Assembly (NCBI GenBank): GCA_051294375.1
Contig: CM119269.1
Location: 13,752,726 to 13,816,725 of the forward strand
Length of the DNA stretch: 64,000 nucleotides
Direction of reading: 5' to 3'
Source of the DNA: Paraspadella gotoi
Lineage: Eukaryota; Animalia; Chaetognatha
Made by a program: the position numbers and the translations under genes. Positions 1 through 12,914 of this stretch are shown one piece after another. Below the pieces are notes generated by a model that had not been told where the DNA came from, did not search any database, and worked only from the letters and a program-made list of their open reading frames with translations. Position 1 is the stretch's first letter. Each line of letters opens with the position of its first letter.

Positions 1-261
1 AGTAATATAAACTAAGGATCTATCTTTAATTCATTTTGTTTACAAATATGCAAGCACTCATAGTAACGTTATCGGCCTCTTATGTTCTTTTTTTTTATTG
101 CGAGAGCAAAAATTGTCTGCCTTCCTTTCAAATTTCAATAAATACATCGTAAGTCAAGATAAAGTATTTTATTTTTGACGAAAATATCGAGACAATAGAA
201 ATCGCATCGTGCATAAGTAAAGGCGATTAAATTGTTTTCAATTTTACCCGTGACTCTCTCT

Positions 262-848
262 CTTTATGTGCGACTGTTTCTCGCTCAAGCTGCCCCAAAT
301 GTATTAATAACATGTTATAACTTGAAACATACTTTATTGTAAATGTTTTTTTGGAAAATACTATGCAGACACTTGAAAGGAAGGTTTTAAACCTAAACTA
401 ACATAACTAGTTGTAGATATTGTTTCATCCTATTGTATATAATATGTAATCCACCCGGAAAGTAATGGTGACCTCCAATTATATTAGCTGATAAGATTTG
501 AAATGGGTTGGTAAAAAACCAACCATGGACCAATGGGAATGTATAAAAGATCGCCGCCACCCCCTTTCTTTTCTCCTTAAATCCATTAATCTGCATACTT
601 TTTCGGACCGACTTACCAAGCGCCTCCACATCGATTCGGCGCCGCCCATTTGTCGGCGCTCATTTCCAGACGGCGAATGGAGGATTCCAAAGACGCCACT
701 AATGAACTGGTGTCAGCAGTCGATCCGAAGGAATTACGGCGTCGCCAAATTGCCTGATCTAGTTTTAGGAGCAGACGTCAACGACGAGGTTTAGAGGTTT
801 TGTCTCTCTCTCTCATCTTCTCTCTCTCCTCTCATCTCTCTCTTTCAT

Positions 849-884
<36 letters not shown>

Positions 885-3311
885 CTCTCTTCTCTCTCGT
901 CTCTCAATAATTAAATATTTTAAACCTTCCCTGCTTTTCAGTGGACCGACAATCTCTGCCACTGCCCCTCATTTGCGCCGCGTCCACGCGGCCACGGAGG
1001 TATCACCACGTGTCGGCCGCTTGATCGAATCTAGCGCCGCGGTTGGACGCCTTCCGCGCGGGGAGAGACCGCCGTTGGCGGTTGGCGTGCGGCGGGCGTC
1101 GTCACGGCGACGCCGGCGCGACGCGATTCTTGGCGCCGGCGCCAGCCTGAAAAAGGCTATGGGCGTTGGCGTCGGTTATATCAGGATGAGTGAGATCGCC
1201 GGTCTGGAAGCGCATTAAGGTCGTTTAATTCAGTTGATGAGAGAGCATAAGAGATCGAAGAGAGAGAGAGATGAGACGACGAGAGATCGAGAGAGAGAGA
1301 TGAGAGATGAGAGAGAGAGGAGAGTTTTGGTTCTAGAGTGACGGTAACGAGCACAGGACTCACAAGCAGCGTGCGTTTTTCATGTCGGTTAAGCGGTTCG
1401 AGGCGACGTCAATGGGCGCCAACTACTAACTAAGGTCGAGTAGACGTCTGACTGACAAATCTAAAAGCGTAAGTAAAGCGCACCGCGGGGGAAATGGTGG
1501 GAAGGAAAATATAATGTAAGCGGCCTAAGATCGGCCTTGCGTAAAAAAATGGTACACAGAGATCTGAACGGAGAGAGGGACGGTGAGAGGAGAAAGAGAG
1601 GAAAAAGCGTGAGATGAAAAACCTAAACCCTGGACTCGAGCTGGATCTCCGGCGAGGAGGGGGAGGAGGAGTGAGGAGAAAGAGTGAGTTAAACGGCTCT
1701 TGCATGGATGGCGAAACCTATCGGTGCTTTCTNNNNNNNNNNNNNNNNNNNNNNNNNCCAACCGCAACGGCGTCTCTCCGCCGCGCGTGAGAGCGTCCAC
1801 CGCGGCGCCAGATTCGATCAACAGGCGACACGTGATCCCGTGGCCGTTGGACGCGGCGCAATGAAGGGGCGTGGNNNNNNNNNNNNNNNNNNNNNNNNNA
1901 AACGAGAGAGAGTTGCCCACCCTCGCGCTCGACCCTACTGCGGCACTCATATTGAGTTGATTATAATTCGGCGAATTAACCAGGCGATTTGTCTTGCAAC
2001 GAAAGGCAAAACCAGTCACGTGATTCACAACCGTCACCTGAACATTTTAATTATTATCTTTTTTTGCCTTCAATATTTTTAACAATTTTTTGGGTATCCC
2101 AAAAGTTTGATTTTCTATTATTTTTAATTTTTCAAAAGTTTTTGACTGCAAAATTGTAGGGCCATGTTTTTGTTCAATACCTGGATAGTAATATAAACTA
2201 AGGATCAATCTTTAATTTTCAATTTTGTTGACAAATAAAGCAAGGCTACTTCATTAGTAAGTTATCATGACCTCTTATGTTTTGCTTTTTTTTATTGCGA
2301 GAGCAAAATTGTCTGCCTTCCTTTCAAATATTCAATAAATAGCCATTCGTAAGTCAAGATAAAGTAATTTTATTTTTGACGAAATATCGAAGACAATAGA
2401 AAATCGCATCGTGCATAAGTAAAGGCGATCTGAATTGTTTTCCCATTTTAACCCGTGACTCTCAGAAAGCACCGATAGGTTTCGCCATCCATGCAAGAGC
2501 CGTTTAACTCACTCTTTCTCCTCACTCCTCCTCCCCCTCCTCGCCGGAGATCCAGCTCGAGTCCAGGGTTTAGGTTTTTCATCTCACGCTTTTTCCTCTC
2601 TTTCTCCTCTCACCGTCCCTCTCTCCGTTCAGATCTCTGTGTACCATTTTTTTACGCAAGGCCGATCTTAGGCCGCTTACATTATATTTTCCTTCCCACC
2701 ATTTCCCCCGCGGTGCGCTTTACTTACGCTTTTAGATTTGTCAGTCAGACGTCTACTCGACCTTAGTTAGTAGTTGGCGCCCATTGACGTCGCCTCGAAC
2801 CGCTTAACCGACATGAAAAACGCACGCTGCTTGTGAGTCCTGTGCTCGTTACCGTCACTCTAGAACCAAAACTCTCCTCTCTCTCTCATCTCTCATCTCT
2901 CTCTCTCGATCTCTCGTCGTCTCATCTCTCTCTCTCTTCGATCTCTTATGCTCTCTCATCAACTGAATTAAACGACCTTAATGCGCTTCCAGACCGGCGA
3001 TCTCACTCATCCTGATATAACCGACGCCAACGCCCATAGCCTTTTTCAGGCTGGCGCCGGCGCCAAGAATCGCGTCGCGCCGGCGTCGCCGTGACGACGC
3101 CCGCCGCACGCCAACCGCCAACGGCGGTCTCTCCCCGCGCGGAAGGCGTCCAACCGCGGCGCTAGATTCGATCAAGCGGCCGACACGTGGTGATACCTCC
3201 GTGGCCGCGTGGACGCGGCGCAAATGAGGGGCAGTGGCAGAGATTGTCGGTCCACTGAAAAGCAGGGAAGGTTTAAAATATTTAATTATTGAGAGACGAG
3301 AGAGAAGAGAG

Positions 3312-3347
<36 letters not shown>

Positions 3348-3880
3348 ATGAAAGAGAGAGATGAGAGGAGAGAGAGAAGATGAGAGAGAGAGAGAGACAA
3401 AACCTCTAACCTCGTCGTTGACGTCTGCTCCTAAACTGATCAGCAATTTGGCGACGCCGTAATTCCCTTCGATCGACGCCGTCATTAGTGGCGTCTTTGG
3501 AATCCTCCATTCGCCGTCGGAAAATGACGCCGACAAAATGGCGGCGCCGAATCGAGTGTGGAGGCGCTGGAGTCGGTCGAAAAAAATATCAATTATGATT
3601 TAGGAAGAAAAGAAGGGGGTGCGGCATCTTTAACATTCCATTGGTCATTTGTTTTTTACCAACCTCATTTCAAATCTTATCAGCCTAATAATTGAGTACC
3701 ATTTCTTTCCGGGTGATTACATATTAATACAAGGATGAAACATTCTCAACTAGTTTGTTAGTTAGTTTAAAACCTTTCTTTCAAGTGTCTGCATAGTATT
3801 TACCAAAACATCTTACAATAAGTATGTAAGTTATAACATGTTTTATAACATTTGGCAGCGAGACAGTCAGACATAAAGGC
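262..3880. repeat. Large inverted duplication (arms ~262-1732 and 2464-~3880); 1-256 is also a direct copy of ~2187-2463; probably gap-filling artefact
   Basis: Identical ORFs on opposite strands whose coordinates sum to 4196 (1430..1705- = 2491..2766+; 1181..1363- = 2833..3015+). Outer parts of the arms differ by read-like indels. Two 25-N gaps lie inside. Confidence 0.9.
1758..1874 (-). CDS. Clean fragment of the ankyrin gene's last exon, isolated between two 25-N gaps
   Basis: Translates TPLHCAASNGHGITCRLLIESGAAVDALTRGGETPLRL, a canonical ankyrin repeat. The same exon occurs in noisy form at 2978-3254(-) and 942-1218(+). Confidence 0.85.
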
Positions 3881-5890
3881 GGACAGAAAGATAAACCAAC
3901 GGACAGACCGACCGAAAATTGGCGTATGATTTCCACCGCGACCACGACAGCGCCCTCACCCACCCCGATTTCTTCCTCATCAGGCGGCGCTCCTCGCCAC
4001 CCGCACGCCTCGTGAATTCGTCTCGCGGCGTTCATCATCGGCGCCGTCTCTTCTTCGACGATTCGAAACAGCGCCGCGTCGCCGTCACTCAAAACCGGCG
4101 TCACGACGTCGCTCATCGCGCAGAGTTTCCTAAATTGCGCCCGGCGTTCCTCCAGGTCGCGAAAGTTTAAAGCGGTCGATAAATCGGCGCCGTTTTGGAG
4201 AAGCGTAGCGACGACGTGGGCGTGGCCGCCGCGGATTGCGTGACGCAGAGGCGTGCCACCCGCGGCGTCGGGGGCGTCGACTGTGGCGCCGCCACGTAGC
4301 AGATCGGCGACGGCGATCGGGTGACCGTTGGACGCCGCCTGGACGAGAATTTTTAGATGGAATTAATTTATATTAAAACGAGAATAAAATGATTAACGAT
4401 ATCGAGTGAAGCAAATTTTTTTGACTATCGGCCTTGGATTTTTTAATAATAATAATGATGAAGATGATGACGTATGATGATGAGAATCATTGATGATCAT
4501 TGGATGATGGATGATGGTTGATTATGATGAAAAATACAAATAGTTGTTATACTTCTGTAATGGTCATTTGCTTTTAGGTTTCCTTCGCAAATAAATGAAA
4601 TTTTTCAAGAAAACAAAATCGATTCTTTAATTGTCGATTTCATTTGTCAGGGAAACCTTTTTCGCGCCCGACGGAGCAGCAGCTGCTGGCTGCAGCAGAT
4701 GGCGGACGCACGGCGGCAGCAGTAACAAATGAAATCAAAACTAACTAAAGCAAAGAAGGTTAGAAAACTCGCCTGAATGCAACGGAGGCTGGTGACGCCG
4801 CCCGCAACGACGGCCGTAACGTCCGCGCCCCAATTCACCAGCGCCGCCACGACTGTTGCGCGTCCGCGACGACGGCGGCCGGTGCAGAGGCTTCATCGTG
4901 GGCCAATCGTCGTCGCCGTGAAGTGTGCGGTCAACATCGCGTCGCCGTATTCCTCTCGAAGACGTTCTAGGGCGTCGAGATCCGATCGGCGCCCTTTCCA
5001 TCCGCAGGCGTCGTTGAAGCGGCGCCGTGGCGACGGCGAATCGACGGCGCGTCGATTCGGCGACGTCACGGATCGCTCGGATTGCGTCATCTTCGTCGTC
5101 TTTCGTTTGCCGCCTTTCTCCACCGACGTCTTCAGTTCGTCTCTCATCTTCAACAAAAAACTCTCCTCAAACTTCTCGTCCGCTTCGTCCAATTCGTCGC
5201 CGCCGACAAAGACCGCCGCCTTCGATCAGCGCCCCGCCGCCGATGATTTTCCGGTCGCGGATCGCCACACGCAGCGCCGGTTGACCAAGCCCGTCGCGGG
5301 CGTCGGGAGCGGCACCGCTGGAGAGGAGAGCGGAGCAGACGTCGGCGTTGATCTGAATGGAATACGTTGATGGGTCACTCGATTTGTCTCTCTCTCTCTG
5401 TAGAGATATTGCAGTTCGTGTAGCTCTTTGCCTTCATTAGACTTTCTTCCTAGCTCTTGATAGATAGTTCGCTTTTATGCTTACTTTGACCCTCTACTTT
5501 TCTACTTCCAGTTCAATAACAATAAGTAGCCAAAATTCCATGTCAGACGCAACGTTAGGGCTCTCCATACCCGTCCACAACGGCACTTTATTACGACCGT
5601 GTTACACTATGTCAGCAGTAGCCACGTCACCAGTCACGTCACCTCTGGTTCCACCATTTCCAATAACTTTAGTCAGAGGGCGATAAGACGCCCAACAACG
5701 AAGCCAACAAGACTGGACCTTGCGGGTGGCTACTAATGGGCGCCACAAGGCTTTCGGATGCGGGTCTTAACGAACGTCGGCGATGACGCCTGTGGACGGG
5801 AGTCAGCTTTCCTGCTACGACACAAGTATTGGCTGCACGACGGAAGCGCGAAGCGGCAGGGACTCCCGGCCCAGAGCGGGCAAACTCTCT

Positions 5891-5926
<36 letters not shown>

Positions 5927-6100
5927 CTCTTCTCTCTTCTCTCTCTCTCTCTCTCTCTCTTCACCTTTGAGCGCCGCTTCGAGCAGCGGAAAGGCGCCGT
6001 CGAGTCGGCGTTGGTTGACGTCGGCGCCGCGAGAAATCAAAAACTCGACGATGTCCGCGTCGCCGGATATAGAGGCCGTCATCAGGGGTTGTTGCGCCTC
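2978..6100 (-). CDS. Multi-exon ankyrin-repeat protein (exons ~6100-5965, 5317-4773, 4338-~3962, ~3585-3411, 3254-2978)
   Basis: Exon translations PLMTASISGDADIVEFLISRGADVNQRRLDGAFPLLEAALK; AASNGHPIAVADLLRGGATVDAPDAAGGTPLRHAIRGGHAHVVATLLQNGAD; KTPLMTASIEGNYGVAKLLISLGADVNDE. AG acceptors and GT (one GC) donors at most boundaries. Several frameshifts, probably read errors. Confidence 0.8.
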
Positions 6101-8001
6101 GAAAATGATAAGAAATAAAATAAATGCAAGCAGTAAAATGACAATAATAAAATATTAGTTATTTCTCTTTTTTTTTCTAAAGATGTTATCGTAACCTTTT
6201 TGCTTTCGGTTCAAATGAAAAAAGTGTCACGTAAAAACAAAATTATATAGAGTTCATATAATTTGCATATCGTAGTAAATTAAAGTCTTATAAGTTTTGT
6301 ACCATATATCAATATGTGACTTATTATCTAGGTTTAATAATCTGGTTTAGTAGTGGACATAAATGATTCCTAAATGATACAATCTCTTGAAGAGAAACAT
6401 CNNNNNNNNNNNNNNNNNNNNNNNNNNNNNNNNNNNNNNNNNNNNNNNNNNNNNNNNNNNNNNNNNNNNNNNNNNNNNNNNNNNNNNNNNNNNNNNNNNN
6501 NNNNNNNNNNNNNNNNNNNNNNNNNNNNNNNNNNNNNNNNNNNNNNNNNNNNNNNNNNNNNNNNNNNNNTCTCTCTCTCTCTCTCCCTCATGTATTTTTA
6601 TTTAAAAAAACAAAAAAGAACAAAAAGAACCTAAAGTCGGAAACATCTGAGCCCGTTAGTTTTGAGTTGACGCTCGCTCTTTCTTTTTCTTTTTCCATTT
6701 TTTTTTCAGCACTTTCACCTTTTCCTTGATCAATGAAAGAAAACAAATTAAACAATCGAGTTAAAGGCCAATCAAACAAATCAAAATAAAACAATCAAAT
6801 CAATCAAATCAATCAAATCAGTTTAAACCCGAACAGGAACTAACAGAACAAAACAGAATCGAAACGAAATGATTTTAAAAATCAAATTTAACAACTTTAT
6901 AAAGCTTCATAGTTTACGTTCTTCAAGTTGATATAAATCATTGATTATATCAATCTCTAAAAACAGAGCTGCCCTCTTAGTCGACCTATCCCCAACTCTT
7001 TCTCTTCTCGCTCCTCATTCCCAACTAATCTCAACCAGGAATGAGATTCTCTAGTGAATTTTCTTCGAAAGCCTTTTTTCGTGACAAATAAAAGAGGCGG
7101 AGGCTAAAGATCACGCCGCCAGTGACTTGGCGGTGATCGTAATTCGTACCACGTGACCACTGACCAAGCAAGATTGCTCAATGCTCAGGGGGTTAAGATG
7201 GTCAGGCGAGGGGGTCGGTATACGCGTACTGCGCAGTGTTGATAAAGATTATGTTCAGTTGTTCAATATTCTTCCAAAAGGAATTATTATCATTTTTCTT
7301 ATTCTTATCTTTATTATTATCTTTGTTATCGTTATTGTTATTGTTATTTGTGTTCTCGCAATGTTACAATTGAGATGTATCTTTCAGTTCATAGAACATT
7401 TTTTTCCGATAATCATTTGAAAGAGTTTCAACGATTCTCATCGATCTAAAATTCTAAATTAATGTTTTCCCTTTTACTCTAATTGTTTACTTTGTGCTAA
7501 GAGGAAAAAACAACAACAACAACAAGAGTTCACAAATTGCGGTTTCTGCTGAGAAGAAGAACTTTCTTCTTTCTTGGGGGAAAATCACCATTTCCTTTTA
7601 TCTCTCAGAAAAAGAAAAAAACATTGGAAAACGAATAGTGGNNNNNNNNNNNNNNNNNNNNNNNNNATGAGCTACCTCCTCCATCCCCCTCTTTCTCTTT
7701 TCCTCCTCCTCTATCATCATCAGAAGTCATTTCCCATGTTGTTCTTGTGTTTCTAAAAACAAAATCCTTGCAACATTAAGTTCCTGATATGCAACTGAGA
7801 GAGCGAGAGACGGAGAGACGGACGAGAGACGAGGAAGAAGATCGAGAGAGAGAGAGAGATGAGATGAGAGGAGAGAGAGAGAGTGGAAATAGGAAAATCT
7901 TCCAGGGGAATTTTTTTTCTTTCTTTTTACGCCGTAGAGATGTCGCGGTTCTTATCTCTTTTCTTGTTCTTCATTAGTCTTTCTCTCTTCTCTTCTCTCC
8001 G

Positions 8002-8037
<36 letters not shown>

Positions 8038-8369
8038 CTCTCTTCTCTTCTTCCACTATTGTCCATAATCCATCCGGACACCAAAGGTCTTTCATCCGAT
8101 TAACATCAGAATTTCTTTTCATTTTTCAATTCGTGCATCTGCTTAATCATTGCCGAAGAGAAGATCTGCAAGCATCGGCCAATACGGACGACCATCGAGC
8201 ACTTGCCGATCGGAGGAAAGTTGTTGAAAAAGGAAAAGAAATGAGGATAATTGCCATTAGACTGTCTTTAGTTATTCTACCTAATAACCCCTGTACTAAT
8301 TCATTCTAGGCGACTGCATTGTACTTTGACTTTTGATCAACCATTTGGCAACCAATTAAAAATTCATTC

Positions 8370-8945
8370 TTTTTCTCCTTCTCCTCCCATTCCATGGTGA
8401 TTTCCCTCTTTCTCCTCCTTCTCTTGTCCTTTCGGGCCCTCCCCGTTTTCTCCTCCTATTGTCATTCTTCGCCACCTCTCTTTTCCCTCCCTTCCCATTC
8501 CTGCACATCACTTGTTCTCTGCTCTTCTTCCGCAGGCTTCCTCCGACTTTATGTCATCTCCTCTTCCTTTTCCTCTTATCTTTCTTCCTCCTCTTCCACT
8601 CCTCTCACTCCCTTTCCACCTTCCTTTCCTCTTCTTTTTCTCTCTGCCGCTACCCCTTGCTCTCTTCCCCTCTTCTCACTTTTCATCTTTTCCGCCTCGC
8701 TCTTCCTCTCTCCTTTCTTCCTCCTTTTCCTCGTTCCTTTTTCTCTTACCTTCATCTATTTCTCTTCTTCCTCTTACTCTTTCCTCCTCTCTACTCTTCC
8801 TCCTCCTCATCTGTCCTTCTTTATCCTTTCACATACTTCTCGTTCCTTCTTCAGTTTCCTTTATCCTCTCCTCTTCCCTCTTTCTCTTCCTCTTCCTTTC
8901 CACTCTTCCCTTTCCTTCCTTTCTTCCTCCATCCTTATTGCCTCC
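8370..8945. repeat. Polypyrimidine (CT-rich) low-complexity tract
   Basis: Almost only C/T; the ORFs here are F/L/S/P compositional artefacts. Confidence 0.85.
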
Positions 8946-9754
8946 CGAAAGAGACCAACATTAAAAACAAAACACTCAATATTACTTTTTTGTTGAGAGG
9001 AAAAATCGTTCCCTCGTTTTCGATCCACGTTATTTCTTTTAGGTCATATTTTCAAAAAACGCCCCGATGTTTCTATTTTTCATGGTTAAATTCTAGTATT
9101 AGCGAAAAAAGGTCTATATTTAATATTTTACCCAGATGAATTTATTTTATATTATACCATTCCAGTTTTTAAATAAGTTGTTTGAAATTTAAAGGTTTTA
9201 AAGGGTTAAGGATAAAAATTTTAGCGCAGCAATAATTTTTAAAATTTTTAAAAATTTGGTTTAATAATTTGGCTTCAAGATTAGCGGGTCTAAGGTTAGA
9301 AATTACGTTTAATAATATTCAATAAGAGACCTTAATAAAGTTTTAAAATATATCGATTTAAAATTATTTTTGTTAAAGGATTAATATGGAAATGTTTATA
9401 CTAGTTAAAATATATCATCTTCTAGAGAAAACGGAGGTACACAAATAAAAAAAATGGCACTATCGGAAAAAGTGTTGCCCCTTTTTTGAAAAAAGTATAA
9501 AAAAATAAGACGAAAGAAAAAAAAAACAATGACAAAATTTATCCATTTTATCTATTAAGTAGCAAAAAAAAAGCGTTTGATTATTTTTTTTTTCTTTTTT
9601 TTTTTTTCCTTTCTTTTTTTAAATTCCGTCCAGAATTTTGTTTTCATGGAAATACTCTTTTCGGTTTTCCGATCCGAACTGAAAAAAAGGGGAAGTATAT
9701 TCTCACTGAGAATTGAAACAGAAAGAAAACACGGATGAGGAAATTAGTGATATA

Positions 9755-11285
9755 GCTTAGAGAGGGGAGAGAGAGGTGGTGTTGCTTCGTGTGTGTGACG
9801 TGACGAGAGACGAGAGGAGAGAGAGAGGGGGGAGAAGAGAGAGGATGGGAAGAGGACAAAGGACAGTAGTACATCGAGAGTAGTCATCTGTGACAAGCTG
9901 TAGGAGCTGATGAGAATGACAAGCCTATACCACAGGTGCGAGGGTATTCAGAGCGAGGAAGGAACGTGAAATCGTCGACACTTGGAGTGAGGAGTGTGTG
10001 GGTTAGCAGTGTAGGAGCGGAGAGGACAGAGAGGGAAGAACAGAAGGGATAGAGTGGGTGAGGCGGGCGGGTAGGGGCGGGCGGGAGAGAGTAGAGGCAG
10101 GCTGCAGGAGAGATGAGAAGGAGGACCAGAGCAGAGATGGCGTCACTAGGAGGGACGGACGAAAAAGGGGAGGGGACAGAGGAATACTGCAGCAACACCG
10201 GACGAACACTGCGCGACAGAGTCATCCCTTCCAGCTCGACCTAGAGAACAGAAAGCAAGAGAGAGGCTACGAAAGACACGAAGACAGAGAACGACACGAG
10301 GCTGGGAGAGAGCCAAGAGAGGAGAGATAGGAGACGGATGAAGGAGTCATAAAGAAAAGGGGCATGACAGCAGCAGAGAGAGATAAGGGGAGGCAGACGA
10401 GACAGAGGTAAAGTGTAGCGAGAAGGCAGAAGAAAACGGATAAAAACGGTGAGAAGAGAGGAAGAGAGACGCGTAGAGCCGGAGGAGCTACGAAGAGAGA
10501 GTGAAAGAGGGGAGATAGAAAGGTGGAGGAGAGAGGATCGGCCAGTGGAAGAAAAGGATGGAATGATAAGGAATTAAAAGAAATAAAAAGAGGAGGAGAT
10601 AAAATAAATACTTTACCCTCGTCCAAACTTCGTCGCGAATTCCATCTCCACTAGAGAGAGAGAGAGAGAGAGAGGGCAGAAGAGGAGAGAGAGAGAGAGA
10701 AAGGAGAGGAAGAGAGAGAGGAAGAGAAAGAGAGACGGCGAGGAGAGAGAGAAGAGAGAGAGAGAAAGAGAGGAAGAGAGCAGAAAAGGAGACATCGTCT
10801 TTTTTACCCATTGCGGAACCAAAACTTCGTCGGCTGAATTCACATCTCCACGAGATGAGAGAAGAGGACGAGAGAGTAGAGGCCTGTGGGAAAGAGGGAG
10901 AGAGAGGAGAGCAGAGAGCAGAAGAGAGAAAGAGTACGAGAAGTACATATGAAGTAATATAAAGCTTCAATTTGGAAGGTTGAAGGACAGCCTTCCTGTT
11001 GATGTTGCCCGCAGACGAGAGAGAGAGAGAGAAGGAGCAGAGGCGCGACCGAGAACGAGAGACAGACCTTAGGATGAAAGAGAAGAGTGGGTTTTATTCG
11101 GGCTTTCACAAAGAGTAAGGAAGTATTAGTCCTTTAAGTTCTGGTGAACAATATAAGAAAACAGCAAGAAGAGAGGGGTCGAGAGGACGGAGAGAGAAAG
11201 AAGAGAGAGAAGCAAGAGACGAGGAAGAGATGAGAGACAGGAGTGAGAGAGGAGGAGTAGCAGACCAAGAGCAGACAGGAGAACA
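9755..11285. repeat. Polypurine (GA-rich) low-complexity region, noisy read-like
   Basis: Dominated by irregular GA/AG runs. Confidence 0.75.
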
Positions 11286-11339
11286 TCGTCAACCTCACCT
11301 CGTCCAAAACTTACGTGGCGCTGAAGCTTCACATCTTCC

Positions 11340-11930
11340 ACGAGGTTTCATCTCCGAAAGACATGCGGTCGTGAAATATTCTTGGATACCGAGGAGCTGC
11401 AGGACCAAGGTGAATCAAGGCGTTTTTCTAGAGGCGGCGTTAACGAAGCGGCCCCAACAACGCCGGCGCCACCGCAGCGTGAAGACGTGAACGTGACGCG
11501 CCACCGTCCCGTGCGGGCGACGCCATCTGACACGACAAGACCCAACGACGCCGTCGAAGCGAGCGGCGTCTTTCGTCGCATCACAAGACGCGATCGAACC
11601 CGAGGAAGCGGCGTCATCCTGCGGCGTCGCGCGCCGATGGCTTTTCCGTTTTTCTCTACGTGGTAAATTTAGAGCGCGGCGCCTTTCGAGGATCACGGAC
11701 GCGCGTTTATCTCCGCTATGGCGCCGTTTTTTTACTTTCAGGTCGCCACGGTCTTATTCTTGCCGCCGGTTTTGTCCCCTGCGGCGTCGGTTCGTCTTAG
11801 TCTTCGATCGTGGCGCTCTTGACGTTGTAGCGACCGAAGGAATTTCCATTTGGTCGAGAGAATCGAAGGTCGACTTCGTGAAGTCGATGAATTCATTGTT
11901 ATTTCTCGGGATACGTTATAGGTTTTGCTG
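11340..11930. other. CpG-rich probable exon(s), product and strand unresolved
   Basis: Same CGACG-rich composition as confirmed exons; tttcag acceptor at ~11741(+). No family motif recognised with confidence. Confidence 0.35.
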
Positions 11931-12379
11931 GGCAGTCGTTTTTCTTTTGTAGAAAGTTTTTTTTGTGGGCGGTGCTTGAATGTTTGTACTTCTACTTGAC
12001 TTTGATCTCGGCATTTGTACCACGATTTTTTTTTTAAGTTAACGTCGTCTTTAGTCTTTTCAGTTTTCGTCAAAGGAGATACTTGCGTGATTTCCGTATT
12101 CAGAATTAAATATTCTTTAATTAAGATACTCTCCAAACTTTGTTATTTCGCTATTTCGTTATATTCTATAATTGATAAATAGTTCGTGGCGAAAAAAACC
12201 AACATATTAGCTGATTCCTTCGCAGTTTTCTCATTCGTTCTTTCGACAACATTTACATTCTTTCGTCGAATTTAAATTGAGCCCGTTCATTTGTTTTGTT
12301 CATTTGTTTTGTTTATTTGTTTACTTTCTCCGCCTCGATTTCGATTCGCGCGAACCGAAACCGCCGATTAGATTTTCCG

Positions 12380-12555
12380 CCCGAAAGTCACGTGACCTAA
12401 GGGGCCGAGAAATTTACTCGAGTGAAGCTAAACAAGAGGCGATTGTCGCTGGAGAAAAACCCCAATTTGGTTTCCGGCGCCCTCGCCGCTCTAGTTGTTG
12501 TTGTTGTTGTTGTCTCTTTCGGCCCCGCTTCCGCCGGAACGCCCGCGTATGTATG
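12380..12555 (+). promoter_or_regulatory. CpG-rich promoter-like segment with palindromic E-box GTCACGTGAC and ETS-like CCGGAA
   Basis: gtcacgtgac at 12387-12396; cttccgccggaa at ~12528-12539, followed by a donor-like gtatgt. Confidence 0.35.
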
Positions 12556-12858
12556 TATTCTATAATGTATGTAGTAATTGTGTGTTTGTATTCTTCGTTT
12601 GATTACGCCAACAATTCGCTTTTGAACGTTATTTTTAGTTCCGTTTTTTACGTAACAAATTAGCTGTAACCACGACGCGATTGCAAATACCCGGCATTAA
12701 CCATTTTAAACGTAACGCTGTTTTTTTTTCCTTGAGTGCCACGCCCAGTAAATGAGCTCTTGTTGTAGTTGATTGGCTCAGAATCTTTCAACTGCAAAGA
12801 CTTAAAAAAAACCCGGTTTTAAATTTTCCACGTCGAATAAAAACAGGTTTGCGTGCAG

Positions 12859-12860
<2 letters not shown>

Positions 12861-12909
<49 letters not shown>
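12861..12909. repeat. (TC)n microsatellite
   Basis: Pure TC run. Confidence 0.95.

Positions 12910-12914
<5 letters not shown>

Noticed and set aside
262-3880. Inverted duplication as a real palindromic gene pair or hairpin RNA locus
   Set aside because: The inner arms share identical apparent errors, the outer arms differ by read-like indels, and 25-N spacers typical of long-read gap filling sit at the junction.
8394-9139. 150-226 aa hydrophobic ORFs
   Set aside because: Open in all frames only because the CT-rich tract lacks stop codons.
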